In this document: piece by piece, positions 13,220 to 26,082 of the stretch
Numbering within the stretch: the first letter of the stretch is position 1
How the letters are laid out: each line of letters starts with the position of its first letter
Program-made: the position numbers and the translations under genes
The notes under the pieces: model-generated
The model's database searches: none
Told to the model about the DNA's origin: nothing
The model's input: the letters and a program-made list of their open reading frames with translations, nothing else
Source of the DNA: Amoebophrya sp. A120
Lineage: Eukaryota > Protista > Dinoflagellata
DNA: 64,000 nt
Direction: 5' to 3'
NCBI GenBank assembly: GCA_905178155.1
Contig: CAJINV010000014.1
Coordinates: 62,001-126,000 of the forward strand

Positions 13220-14300
13220 GTCCTTCTGAGTATCATGATGCGAGCTTCAACCAGGGAACAAAATGAGATGTTGACTTTACTCGAACAGGAACCTCCGCAG
13301 AGCAGGCGCGCTCTTGCAGATCCAGTCTGCACCACGGCGTTTTTTTTTGGTCAAGACTCTTTCATTGAAGACTTGAATCACCAATGACCCCAACATATTT
13401 ATTTTTCTCTAAGCACGTCAGTTCTTAATATTGCAGTGCGGTCCACGACCTTCGGCACCATATTTAGAGTTTTGTGTAACAAAAAAGTCAAAACATTCAA
13501 TCACCGGCACGTCGAGCTTGTGGGGACTTGTTTGTTCCCCTGAAGATGTAGTACTAGTTGGTGTTCTTGTTCCACCAGTACGTCGTGCTCTGTCTTCTTG
13601 GAGCGCTCGACGAGCAGCGGGGCGTTTTCTTTGCGGAAGCAGGAGGCCGTGGATCTTCAAGTCGAGCAGGTGCAGCACGTGGCCGCTGCCGTGCCCGAGC
13701 CGCTGATTGATCTTGATTTTTCTGCGTGCCGACCCTTCGCAAAGCTCTTCCGCGGTCAGAAACGAAAAATCGCTGTCACAGCCAGTGACCACATGGAGCT
13801 CTTTCTGGCGCGACTTGGCTGCAAGAAGGGTACTGACGGTCGTGCAAATAAAACGACCTCCCAGGTGGTCGTGGAACGACGATGAGCCACGACATGGTAT
13901 TGATAATATTCTTCGAGGATTTTTTCTGCCCGAGTTTTAGTACACGACCGGTCGTACTTGCGATCTCCTGCTTGAGCCAAAATGGCTACGGCTTCTTCAA
14001 CCAGGGAACAAAATGAGATGATTTTACTCGAACAAGAAACTCCGCAGAGCGGGCACACTCTTGCAGATTCAGTCTGCACTACCACGGCGTTTTTTCTTCT
14101 TCTGGTCAAGACTTCATCTCCAACAAGTCTTCACTAAAGTAGACTAGAAGAATAATCAATCCCAACATATTTTCTCTAAGCACGTCAGTTCTTAGTATTG
14201 CAGCGCGGTCCACGACCTTGTCCGGTATATAAGTTCTGATGTGTTTTATTCTTCAACAGGAAAAAAAAAGTCAAAACATTCAATCACCGGCACGTCGAGC
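13220..14300. repeat. Diverged direct duplication of about 300 bp (13220-13520 vs 13990-14300)
   Basis: Shared blocks CTTCAACCAGGGAACAAAATGAGATG...CTCTAAGCACGTCAGTTCTTA...CAATCACCGGCACGTCGAGC. Confidence 0.85.
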
Positions 14301-14523
14301 CAGGTGATCAAATTTATCAAAGCCCGGGACCTCCCTGTTGCTGTGCTTTATAAGTATATGATATGATAATTGCTACAACGCTACCGGGTAGACCACCCGG
14401 GAGATCAAGTTGAAGCTCGAGATATAATAGCACTTGTTGTAGTGCTGACGTGGTAGGTTGTGCCTTTTTTTCATGTCCTTACGTCTTGTAGTGCTGGCCG
14501 CCGGCGCCTATCATCTACTATCT

Positions 14524-16546
14524 ACATCTGGTGCTTTCTCTTTTGGCGGTCGATAAAAGGTCAGCTAGTACAACGCGAAGCACATTCGAGAAGAAGCACT
14601 CGACGTCCTGGTGCTAGTAATAGGACACTTCTCGAGCTGCTTTTTTTTGTTCTGGAAAAGGAAATGCAAATATCAAAAATAAAAGTATTGAAATGTAAAA
14701 TCCCTAAGGGAAGCTTGAATAAAACACTGCAGCTGCAAACTATCATCTTACAAATGCAGAGATGTTGTTGATCTGCAAAGTTTTTACGATCATCTTACAA
14801 ATGCTTCAAGAGTAGACCACTTCTTTGTCGATGGCATGCTCCAGTTGTAGTCTTCTGCACTCGACCCCGCACTGCTCAAGCCCTTAGTCAGGCTATCAAG
14901 CTGAAAAGTGCCCCAAGACTGTCTGACCTACAGAAGTTCCTCCTCCTCCGTGCCATCGAGAAAATCGGTGGCTTTTTTGGGCCGATTAGATTCCGCGAAG
15001 GCGTATGCTATCTTTTGCTTTTTTTTGTGTACAGATTGGCCGAAGCGGCCGACGGGTGGCGCAATGTCCGCTACCAAGCGCGCCACAGCAGCGGGCGTAG
15101 CCCGAGTTTCAGACTTCTTTCTTCGTAAACAGATTGGGCGGAGCCGATAAAGTCCTTTGCTTACCTTTCCCCCCGACCCGGCTGCGCGGATTTTTCTACT
15201 TTTTCAAAAAATGAGCTTACTTTTCAGAAATCCGCTTTCTGGCGGCCAAACCCCATTGAAAGCGCGCGACTTTGCGAGTGGTCGTCGCATATCCCCGAGG
15301 CCCTCCCATATGGCAACGCCAAAGCCTTCGCGCTGCGTTTGCGATGGGTGAGCATCTCGCAGAGAGCGCTTTGCGCGCGGGGCACGCTTTGGTTACCAGA
15401 TCAAGCTGAAAGCGCCCCACGACTGATCCGCAGATAGGCAACAATTTGAGTTCTTGGGTCGCAAAGTTGATGCTCCCACGCGAAACGCTTTTTGTACTAT
15501 TGGATGAAGCAAATTATGCGACGCATTTTGTGTTTTCTTATTCAAAATAATCCAGGCGAGGAAGGCACCCTGAGAACGACAGACACTGCTCACCTTGCGC
15601 CGCTGCGAGACACAGATTTTGCTTCCGGCTATCATAATTAATTTTCTGGTGGCTCAAAATTAAAATTACAAATATGTGACGGCTGCTGTGTGCGACAGGG
15701 TAAGGGCCATAGGCATAGAGGGCTTTTGCAATGCAAATTAAGTAACATAAACATGTCTCCGCCACCGCCGCTCTGCTGGGGTTGTACGTAGGGACACTTT
15801 TCATGTGGATAGAGGCGGACCGTTGCTACGGAGTTTCCTCGTTTGTAGCTTGTGCGTGGATGAATTTTTGTCCCATGTGCTTTGGTACTTTCTTTGGGCG
15901 TTGGGGATGTTGCGCTAGCAGTTGTTCTTGTGGGCCTGCGACTCCGTTTCTTCTTGGAGGAATTACTGCTACCGCTATCACTGGCACTGGGGGAAGGTCC
16001 GAGTTCAAAGGAATCTTGTAGCCCCCTCCTGGTTGCGTGGGGGGCCGGCCCGGCAAACCCAGCTAAGCTTCGCCACGGACGCGGGCGCGCCGAATCGATG
16101 GGAAACCAAAAACGCGGCCCAATGTTGCGCGGCATCGTCGAGGTTTGCCCAACCTGTGCAAGGCCTCTATTTGCTCGAAGTGTGCCCGCGCGGCGGGGCA
16201 TGCGCATTACCAACACATAGGGGCGCGCCCCTTGCTGCACTTCGGGACGCCGTGGCGCCTCGCCAACAGCGAATGCCACGCGGCGGGCCCTCCATGAAGT
16301 GGGTCCCGGAGGAGCTTGACGTGGCCAGCCTCCAAGCTGATAGACACAGGCCCTGTGGGAACGGGGCGCGATGTCTTCGAGTGTCGCCCAAGTGCTCGGA
16401 ACCCCAATCGTCATGCGAAGAAAAAAGCATATCAAAATTTTCAGCATACTTGAAAAAAGCGTCGCTGACGCCACCATAACATCTGGTGCTTTCTCTTTTG
16501 GCGGTCGATAAAAGGTCAGCTAGTACAACGCGAAGCACATTCGAGA
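14524..16546. mobile_element. Composite insertion flanked by 68-bp direct repeats
   Basis: ACATCTGGTGCTTTCTC...GCACATTCGAGA at 14524-14591 and 16479-16546. Confidence 0.7.
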
Positions 16547-16744
16547 CTTTTTCTTTAACAATAGCGGGGATGGACCGGAATAGTAGCTCCCACTGGAAGG
16601 GAAATTTGAAAAGGAGAGACGTGGAGGAAATAGTCGCTGCAGGTGCAGCCCGTCCCGCACCTTCTTGCAGATCTCCACGTGGAGATCGTCCACCCTCCCC
16701 GTGGGCGGCGGGAAGATCCTCAGGATGAAGTAGATCCACTGACA

Positions 16745-16868
16745 TATCCACAGAAGAAATAAACCCATCCTATATCCACTTTTTGCATGACAGACACTGG
16801 ATTTTATGTATGTCTTGCATGACAAATTGGATGTTGTTGTTGATGGGGATGGTTTTTTTTTGTGGATA
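16745..16868. mobile_element. Introner family J (TIR TATCCACAGAAAAAA..CCCATCC), about 105-125 bp
   Basis: Repeat TGACA. Others: 8709-8825, 62697-62800, 46998-47386 (expanded), and J-like 33045-34480 (expanded). Confidence 0.85.
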
Positions 16869-18036
16869 TGACAACATCCGCGCCGCTGCTTCAAGCAAAA
16901 CGCTACTTTTCGTCACGTTGGTTATCAATTGCAAATCTGTTTGGGTCTGGAAAGTTGTAATGCAAATCAGTGAATGGTGGGCGCACCCACGACAGCAATA
17001 CACTCTACCTAGGCATGTTGACAAGTTTTTGAGCTGCTATGCCTATGTGTTTCCGTTTCGTTTTTCGCATGACAAACTGCGTTTGTGCATTTACAGGCAA
17101 AGGGCTCTTCTCCTGCTCAAGCTCACCCGTGACAGAGTTAAGAGTCATGCCAGCCGAGCATGACAAACTTGCACTCTTCTCGAAGACCACGACCCAGCCA
17201 TATTTGCAATGCATATTGGTAAACGGATGGCGATAGCGGGACTCGGACAAATGCACGTTGACCATATCATCATCCGCGTCCTGGTATGACAGCGCACAAC
17301 TCCCCCTCCCCCTCATTTGTGTAGCATGAACGGCAATACAAGCATCAGCAAGAGTGCCGGTTTTGCATGACAAATTTGCACTGGATTATAGTGCTATTTG
17401 GGCAGCTACCAGAACTTGTCATGCAAACTAGTACAGTGCCACAATGCATATGCAAAGGGTGGATTGGGTATTTTGCATGACAAATGAGGGGGAGGGGGAG
17501 TTGTGCACTGTCATACCTGGTGTGCGCGTAACATTCGCCCCGCGACAGCCAAGTCGGCGTTATTTTCCCGTGGGTTCCGTTCGTCTTCCTCATCCGCGGT
17601 GTAGTAGTTCGAGGTTCGCAAGTTCAGATCTGAGAGGGCGTAGAACAGATCTTGACAAATCGCCACCCCGGACATTTTCTTCATCTCCATCTTGCCGCGG
17701 CCCGATTCTGGGACCACTTTTTGGTAGTGCCGCGGTGGGGACAAGGACATGAGGGAAGCCGGACAAGGGCGGAAAGCCCCCAAGCAGCAGTGACGGAGTT
17801 CTCGTGCCGCCATTTCGGTGTTGTTGGCACCTGTGAACAATTCAAGGTTTGGCTGATCCGCCCTCCTTGCAATCGCCATTTTGTTAAACATATCTACCAG
17901 CAACTCCTCCTCCATCTCCCCGTCGCCCGGCACACCAATCTCCAGCGGGAACTGTGGCAGAGGCACGGGGCAAATGTCCTCACTGGGGGAAGGTCCGAGT
18001 TCAAAGGAATCTTGTCCTTGAGTCTGAGAAGGTCAT

Positions 18037-18979
18037 GAGAGCGTGTGCTCCCGCCCGTCCGCGAACTCGATGCGCCACCAGCCCCGGTCGCCGTCCCCGG
18101 CCACCGGACCCGCCGTGCTAGCGCAAACGAGCGGGCGCGCGTCTGGATTTCTGTCGGTCAAGTGACGCGAGTTCGCTCTGCCCTTCTGGTAGCTGAGGGG
18201 CAGCTTGGCCAGGTCCAGAATTCCGGGGAGGTCGGTCGCTCTCGTCGTGCTCTGCGTGGCGCGCAGCAGATCCGGAAACACCCACAAACGGGGCTCCGTC
18301 ATCCACCACTGCTCTGTGGAAAAGGCGTGGAAGCCACAGATCTGCATCGCTTTACGGTGATCTTTATCGCCATTCGACTTGGCCTTGGTGTACTGTCGTG
18401 GGCCAATGATGTATGGATGCGTCAGAGTTGAAATCGACAAAGTTGAAATAATTTGTAATGCATAAAATGCGATACAGAAAGTGACTCTATTGCAGAGGAC
18501 GCAAGGGAGGCAGATTATAGTCCTGGTAAGGGTCAAAAGTTGGACTGCTGACTAGCATGACAGAAGGCAGCTCTTTTGCCCTAAACCGCATGACAGACTC
18601 TTTTCCAGGACCGGGAAGATTTTTCATGCACCGACTACAAACTGCAGGTCTAACTGGCATCCATTTTATGCATGACAAACTATTTCAACTTTGATGATTT
18701 CAAACCTGACACATCCATATGATGTAGATGTACTTTACATCTCGGTGGTCCGGGTCCAGCGTCACGCTCCATCCCCGTGGACCTTTGCCATCGGTCCCTG
18801 CATAATTGGGAATGTCGTCAGAAAGCTCGAACCACAATTTGTCTTTCTGGCCTGACTCGTTGTCCTTTCTCCACGTTTCCAGCACTGTTGCGATTTCGTC
18901 CGTTGCAGTGTCTTTCAGGGAGGCGGGCAGGGTGTCCTTTCCGTCATCTATAATTGCAAACCCCTCATTCATGCAGTCC
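18037..18979. repeat. Captured 943-bp near-identical duplicate of gene B segment 29871-30813
   Basis: Direct alignment at constant offset 11834 with few substitutions; includes the family B introner. Confidence 0.93.
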
Positions 18980-21900
18980 GAAACGTTGGCGAGAGACGTT
19001 CGGCAGAAAAGGAGCAAATTTCTGAGCAGTGAATTTCTGGAATTCAGAAAGAAGCGCGCCCGCTTTCTTTCAGAACTCTGGGAAATTCATGTGCGAGACC
19101 AAGTGCGTAAATTTAAAGTTCTCGGTTGAGACTCCTCGAAAAGAGTCCCCAGAAGGACTCTTTTTTTCGCTTCCCCCGATGGCAATAAATTCAAGTGCGT
19201 AAATTTAAAAGACTCCTTCGAAGGAGTCCTTGCAAGGAGTCCCTGCCTGGACTCATTGCAAGGTGTAGCCGGAAGAGTCGAACGCAAATCCAAAACGAAA
19301 ACGATTCATCCCCAACAATTTGCACTAGCGCCAGCAGATGACCCAACTACCTCCTCCCCCAACCCCCGCTACCTCCCCTGGGGCCCGAGCCTTCTCCTTC
19401 CCAACCCAGACCACCTCCTCTACAAGTTCAGCCGCCTACTCCCTGAGCCAGGTCTTCTCCTGTGGGCCCCGGCCCCCTTCACGCGGAACCCAGACCACTT
19501 CTTCCACAGCCCAAGCGCCCTCATCCGGAGCCCGGACCCCCTCCTTCCAAACCTACGCCACATTCTTCGGAACCCAGGCGCCCCTCGTCCCAAATTCACT
19601 GGCACTGGGGGAAGGTCCGAGTTCAAAGGAATCTTGTCCTTCGTCTTCCTTTTTCGCCACAGAAGATCTTGCGCCAGAAATATTTACGCCAGCAGGCTCT
19701 TATGCACTGCAAATATGTCTGGGTCTGGAAACTTGTGATGTTAAAATGTGCACGATGAAAACACTTCCGAATGCAGTCCGGCATGACAACTTCCCAAAAC
19801 GCTTTCTCATAGGCAATCCGCAAGACAAGAGAAAACGCGTTTTTGCATGACAAAAGAGGCTGCGACTTTTGTTGGTTATGCAATACAGATTTTCTACGTA
19901 TGGAAAGAAAGCACTACAAGTTCCAACCTTCCAGACCCAGACACTTTTACAATCCATAGCTCTGATTCTGAAGCAACTGCAGCTTCAGCTTCTGTAGTGC
20001 GCGGAAATTTCCCTTCGCCGCCGCGTGTGGTGCCTTTATTACCAAGGCCTCCACTGCTGGGTGGAAGTTCTTCTAGAAGACCCTTTACTTTTTGCACTTG
20101 CAAACGGCGGCCGCTGGCGTTGAGGATTGCGGCCGAGCTCGCAAGCAACAGAATAAAAGCTTGCATTTTTTTTCGCTGCCAAAGAGACAAAACTACTTGC
20201 GTTTGTCAGCAGAAGAGGTCGTTCTTTGGTGCCCCTTTTTTTAGTTCCCCCTGATGTTCTAGAAGTCGCGCAACTACTGCTCGCGGATACTAGTTCTTGT
20301 AAAAAGCTGCCGCTCCTACCTTGAGGATGTCGCTGCGACACAGTGTGGTAGTGTATGTTAGTTGGGGAAATATTTCTTTTTTTGTAATGCGAAAATCTTA
20401 CACGTAGTCCTAGTCGTTGTATCAACAGTTTGAGTTTACCTGGTAGATAATAAGTAAAGACGCCATACAATAATTTTTCTAATATACGGTTTAAGCTGAG
20501 AGCTCCAGTTTTTGTCCTGCGTGCTGTCGTCGTGAGATTCTGCTTGAAAAAAGGCCTCGAACTCGTGCGGTGAGGCTCCTTAGTTGCGAGAACGAGAAGA
20601 GCTACAAGCACGACTATAACAATTATCCGTGAGAAACTACAAGAGAACGCGAAAGCGATTTTCGTGGTAGTTCTCTATACACAGCCAATATTTTATCTAT
20701 ACAGCGCTGATATTCTTGGCGTTCCCGTCGTGTAAAAAAACTTAGGGTAGATAGCTTCTGAAAGAAAAGCAGCACAATATTAACTTTACAACAAGATGAT
20801 GAAGCAAAGCAGATGAGCCGCCTTCTTTTTCTTAGTTTAGGCAGAGCTGCCAGGAATATGATAGTACTGCTCTTGTTTTCTTTAGTGTAAGTACTTTGAA
20901 GATAGTGCCGATCGCCTCGAAAAGCCTTCACTTCTTCCGCTTCTTCAGACAGAGCGAGATATATGTAGGTCTTTTTAATAGTGTTCCAGTTATACTCTAG
21001 GTGCGTCAAAACGTCGCAGACGCCTTGTCAATCAGAGCAACCAAGCCTGTCACGAAAGTGAAATTTAGAAAGAATAATATCGATTTGCAATAATTGCAGT
21101 TCTGCATTATGTACGAATTTGATTTTACATTTTTTTCATATATTCGTCAGTACGTTCTTGCTCAGGAACGTGATGCTGATCAAAGAACAATGACTAATTT
21201 AGAGGACCTTCTTCAAAGTGATCACTTTTGTTGTGTTGCACGCCTCGAATCGCGCACATTTTGAAAAAGTAGACAAGCGAGATCAATGTTGCAAGATCTT
21301 CGGCTATTCGAGCTTCGCGCTTCTTTGTGCGACATAGATCACGACATTACTGTCACATGACTCTGGCGACCAAAATCAAAGATTGCGCGTTCATCTTCAA
21401 ATGAAGATGAACGTGCAACCTCTAATTCTAAATTCATGAATGAACGTGCATAACTGGCAATGACATTGCCAGTTAGAGAACATTGCGTTATTTGCGGAGG
21501 TCGTGTGTTTTTTAGTTTATCTATATTGTGATCTTCGTTTTTCCCGACGCCCAGCAGCGTCAGAATGAACGATCGACACAGCGGCCAAGCGGCCGCACGA
21601 AGCTGCTGCTTGCTGAGCTGCTTCTAGCACTGTATATGCGGATCATGGTGCTGCGGTGCACTTCTTGCTAGTAAGAGTAGTAGCTGGTAGTAGTTGAACA
21701 ACGATATGGCGACCCAGAGAGGTAGCAGTTGAACAACGGCGAATCCACCAGTAGGAGCCATCTATGCGACTTCCCGAGAGCACGACCACGATCGGGGGTT
21801 TAGAACAAGCGCTTCGGTAATATTAAAGCAAAGGCAGCACAAAGACAAACTCATTTATATGTACTAAATAAATAGGTCTCGGCTGATGTAAGTATTTCTT

Positions 21901-22676
21901 GAATTCATCTTCCCCGATAGTACTTTGTTGCCAACTGTATCATTGATGTCAGGGATGAGTTTGAGCAGATATTAGTCGATGCTCTCCTGCAACAGCTTCT
22001 GGCGGTACGAGAGAGAGGAAATCTTGCTTGGCAAGTAGCTTTACTTCATCGTCTTGGTGTTGCTTTTTTTAAAAAAAACGCAAGAAAATACCCGCACAAA
22101 TGATACCACACTGCTAGTCGTGTATATTAAAGATAAACATAATCATAGTACTACAGCTTGAACGTCAGCGGGCAAATGATACAAGTTTTTTGCCGCACAG
22201 CTTTTGTCTTCCGTGCAAAATTAGACGAGAATATCAATATTCTAGCACGGAAGTAGATAGATTCGAAACGAAAAATCTCGGAGCTAGTACACATTCCGGA
22301 AAATTTTGTATGTAAAACACAGCAACAACATCGACGATCGTCCTCGATGTTGCCACAGCGAAGATGAAAGTGAAGCCGCTGCATGAGAGTGCACAACTCT
22401 CCCTCCCCCTGATTTGTATGGCATAAACACAAACAGCAATACAAATAAGAATAACAACAGTTGTACAGGTGGACCCTGTGCATGACAAGTTCATGCGCCG
22501 AGTGTCGTACTATTTGGGATTCCGGAATTTGTAAAATAAAAATGCACGCAATGACACAAGGCAGCAACTGGATTTATTGGGGTCTTTTTGCATGACAAAT
22601 GAGGGGCGGGAGGGGGAGTTGTGCACTACTATCATACGCCGCTGCATGACGCTACTAGAACTACATGCTGGGATCT

Positions 22677-24815
22677 TCACGTAACGTAGCAATAGTTGTA
22701 CGAGTAGTACAGGTCCTCTCCGTTCTCGGTTATCAAGTGCAAAAATGTCTGGGTGGTCTGGAAGATTCTGAGACTTGTCATGCATGTTATGCATGACCCA
22801 GGATGTCTGTAATGCACGACCTAGCATCACAGATTTTTAGAAGGCTTCCTGATGCCTACTCCGCATGACAAACGCCCTCCCCGCGCAGACTAGACCTCCT
22901 CATCTGGCTGGTCATGCAATGCAGATTTTTTTAGAGTCCAAAGTTAGCATCACAAGTTCCGACCTTCCAAACCCAGACACTTTTGCATTTGATATCGGTT
23001 ACCATCATGACATCGTCCGCGTTTGTGCAGTTCGGGTACAGACTGTCGCTCGTGTTCGTTGCGCGCGCAATGTTGCCATTGGTGTCGCTCGGCGTTCGGA
23101 TGTAGCACCACTTTCTATGGAGTTCTCAAGCGTTACATTCTCAACTGTTACACGAATTTGTCGCGCAAGACTACCTTAAGCCGCCAGATGATCAAGCTGC
23201 TTCGCATGACAAATCTCCGAGAGGCTAAACAGCATCTAAATCTGTGCCAAATCTGTGATGCGAAGGGCAGCAAGCTTGCCCCTCTGACTGTTGCCATTCT
23301 TGCATCACAAACTCACGTAACAGATGAGAATGTAACGGTTGAGAACGCCATACTTTCGGATGCAGGTTTTGGGTAAGTCGGTGTCCACACCACATTGGAC
23401 AATGGGGTCAGATATGCATTGTAAATATGTCTGGGTCTGGAAGAGTGGAACTTGTAATGCTGTCTGTGGATTCTAAAAATATCTGTGTTGCATGAACAGT
23501 AAGAGGAGTCAGCTCTTGGCACGCGGAGAGGGCATTTCCCATGCGTAATTAGCATCAAAAAGCTCACAAAAAAACTGTGACGCTAGCACCAGCATCACAG
23601 ACCTGCCTCGCGGGTCATGCAAAATGTGCATGTTGACAAGCCCCGACTCTTCCAGACCCAGACACATTTGCACAGGATATCAGAAATGCTGCACTGTTGC
23701 GCTCGGTCGCCCACTTTTCCCATCTTGCCGGGGCATTCGCTTTCCCACTCCAAGCAATACTCGCCGTAGTCCGGGAGCCCGTCGTAGGAGTTGACGTACT
23801 TGGTCCCATACTCGGTATCCTGGTAGGTTCCGTCCGTCGCGCTTGGGCTCAGGTTCAGCCACCCTTGGTTGCCCGAATCTTTGGCCGGCGCGGTAAACTT
23901 GTCACTGCCCTCATTCTATCAAATGCAAAAGTGTCTGGGTTCTTTGGAACAAAGCAACTTGTCATGCTAAATCTGAAGCATGTAAAGTCCTGTGTTGCAT
24001 GATTGCCAAAAGTTGTCCACTTTTGACCTAATCGAGAAGCAGCTTCTCACGCAGGATAGGCATGGTAGAACTCTCACAGAATCTGTCATCATGCTATGTC
24101 CTACATACCAGACCTCATGGGTCATGAAAAACCTGCATGAAAAGTCTGGCATTCTTCCAGACCCAGACACTTTTGCATTTTATACATTCACGCAGCTGCA
24201 CGTTTCCGCGGTCGGGCGAGTCCGCTTCGCGCGAGCTAGTCTCGCAGCCTCCTCAGCTGCCTTGGCCTCCGCTGCCATGGCGGCAGTTGCGTTTGCGAGT
24301 TCGGCGGGGCCCTCGAGATCAGCGGCTGGCTCCGAGTCGTCGCCTTTTGAGACGGCTGCCTCAGCTTCCGCTTCCGCTTTTATTTCCTCGTCCGCCTCTG
24401 CTTGTGCCACAGCCACGTCGGCCGCCGCATCTGGGTCATCTTCTTCTTCTTCTTCTGCGTCGTCAGCGACCGTATCATCTGATGCTTCTTCTACTGCCGC
24501 CTCCTTTGTAGCTGTTGTTGTCGTGACAGAGTCCTCCTCCTCCGCTACTTCATGCCGCCCGCTCTTCCTCCTTATTTTCAGGCCAAGAGCGCCGGGTACT
24601 ATAATCAGAGTCGTGGGCGGGGACGAGGTGCAAGAATAAATGGACCTACTGCCACTAGTAGAACTAGTAGAGGTAGTGCTACTTGTCGTTGTAGTCCACG
24701 TCGCCCAGCATCCCGTGGCAATGATGATGGCGGCCAGAAAGTACAAGTAGGGGAAGGTCGTGCGGGGGCGCTTCGTGCAGCTGTCAGGTTGCTTCAACAG
24801 CAGCGACTGAACCAT
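22677..24815 (-). CDS. Gene C: about 360-aa secreted/membrane protein with acidic Ala/Glu linker and C-terminal Cys-rich (kringle-like WCY) module
   Basis: ATG 24815 and hydrophobic segment YLYFLAAIIIATGCW. Four introners (23917-24184, 23413-23679, 23116-23352, 22731-22994) each have a perfect 5-bp repeat. Spliced C-terminus: CSCVN|EGSD...YGEYCLEWESECP...CSISD|PIVQC...CIRK|WCYIR...VT|ENGEDLYYSYNYCYVT*. Exon sum is 1083 nt, divisible by 3. Confidence 0.88.
23116..23352. mobile_element. Introner family C (TIR TATGGCGTTCTCAAACGTTACATTCTCAACTGTTAC), about 240 bp, 10 copies
   Basis: Repeat CTTTC. Others: 5493-5732, 6263-6497, 7439-8025 (expanded), 28055-28301, 36513-36759, 40650-40922, 58509-58749, 61270-61526, 63347-63585. 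Confidence 0.92.
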
Positions 24816-26082
24816 TCTCGACGCAGCAGGTCGCGCTAATTATGCGGCACGACTGGCGGACTTGTACTAGCTACAGTGGCCACGACGGCCCCCGACTAGC
24901 GACAGTGGCCACGACAGCCCCCGTTCTCGAGCGCGCACCAGCTACAGGAGGAGGACAGGCTCATGACCATGAGCAACACCACCATATCAATTGCACATAT
25001 GATGTTTTTTCCTTAGTACATCAACTACCGACAGAGCGCGTCAGCGGCCTACGCGGAAGCTCAAGTTCCTTCTGGTTCAGTGATCATTAGAAGAACGTGG
25101 CAATCTTCTTCACTGCAGGACCAGGAGCGGAAGACACTAGAACGACGCTGCGCAGTGTCTATTGGGGACTGCAAAAAAAGGCTCTTAGAGTTTTTACACG
25201 ACCACCCTCTCAACAATCCAGCATGATCCGTGGCAACAAGCAAACATGGAGCATGCAACTGTATTAAATATGCGCGAGCATTATACAACAGTGTGAAATT
25301 ATAAAAAATTCTGTGAGACCGCCGAAATAAACAAGAACGCAAGCGACCCGCTATAATGAGTTGGATGTCGCAGTCCAAGTTTATCTTGCGCGGGAACGGC
25401 ATGAAAATCGAAATCATGCAACTTCAGTAGAGTATATCATGGAACTTTGCCTCGTTGTTCTGTCCTTGTTTTATGTTCTTCGAACTTTAATTTTAAACAA
25501 AAACCAAAATTTCATCGTCCTTACACTTCTACCGTGTTTTTGCTCGCTGGGCTACCTTTCGAAAAGCTGCAGCTCTGGCTGTTCTTGTGCTCGACCACAT
25601 GATCTCCGATACATGTTCTTGTTCGCAAAAATGAATTTATAGATGAAGTACTCACTTCCACCACCCTGCTACTTGCTATACTAGTCCATCTTTTTTCTTT
25701 GTGCTTCTTTTGATGGGGCCTTCAAAAAATAAAATTCACGGGAGGTCGCGTCAAACGTTTTTTCTCGAGCCATACCCACGGCAGTGGCTAGCGATGCAAT
25801 TTTTTGTTCCTATTAATATTCTGGTCTGCGTCTAATGCAAAAAGATAGCAAAAAGGTTCTTGAACGGTGTTTGTCTTTTTACGCTTACGAAAAGTTGTCA
25901 TGAAGATGCAACCCAATCTATCAACAACATGTAAATTATTCATATATAATAATTGCAGCCGACGACCTCCGTTGATCATGATTTATTACTATACAGCGAG
26001 CTGCCACCTCTAGCAGAGCACTTCGATTAGTGCGAAACTATGATCATCTTGAATTGAAGATGATCTACTCCTAATATCATCA

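Larger units (their letters stand above)
14518..20166 (-). pseudogene. Gene E: secreted-type protein of unknown function, disrupted by long-direct-repeat insertions
   Basis: ATG 20166 (MQAFILLLASSAAILNASG). Frame holds across introners 19701-19958, 17285-17515, 16923-17215 and 16745-16868 (QDSFELGPSPS...EDICPVPLPQFPLEIG...AHQ|DADDD...FTN|VTKS...MLS|VDLLHP). Insert 18020-19595 brings a stop. Removing insert 14592-16478 gives RESTRCR* with the stop at 14518. Confidence 0.55.

Noticed and set aside
17981-18019. Triplicated 40-mer as a spliced-leader relic
   Set aside because: No match to the dinoflagellate leader DCCGTAGCCATTTTGGCTCAAG; it is gene E coding sequence.
23992-24639. Plus-strand Ala/Ser-rich ORF and other plus-strand ORFs
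   Set aside because: They are antisense shadows of minus-strand exons; no plus-strand gene is supported.
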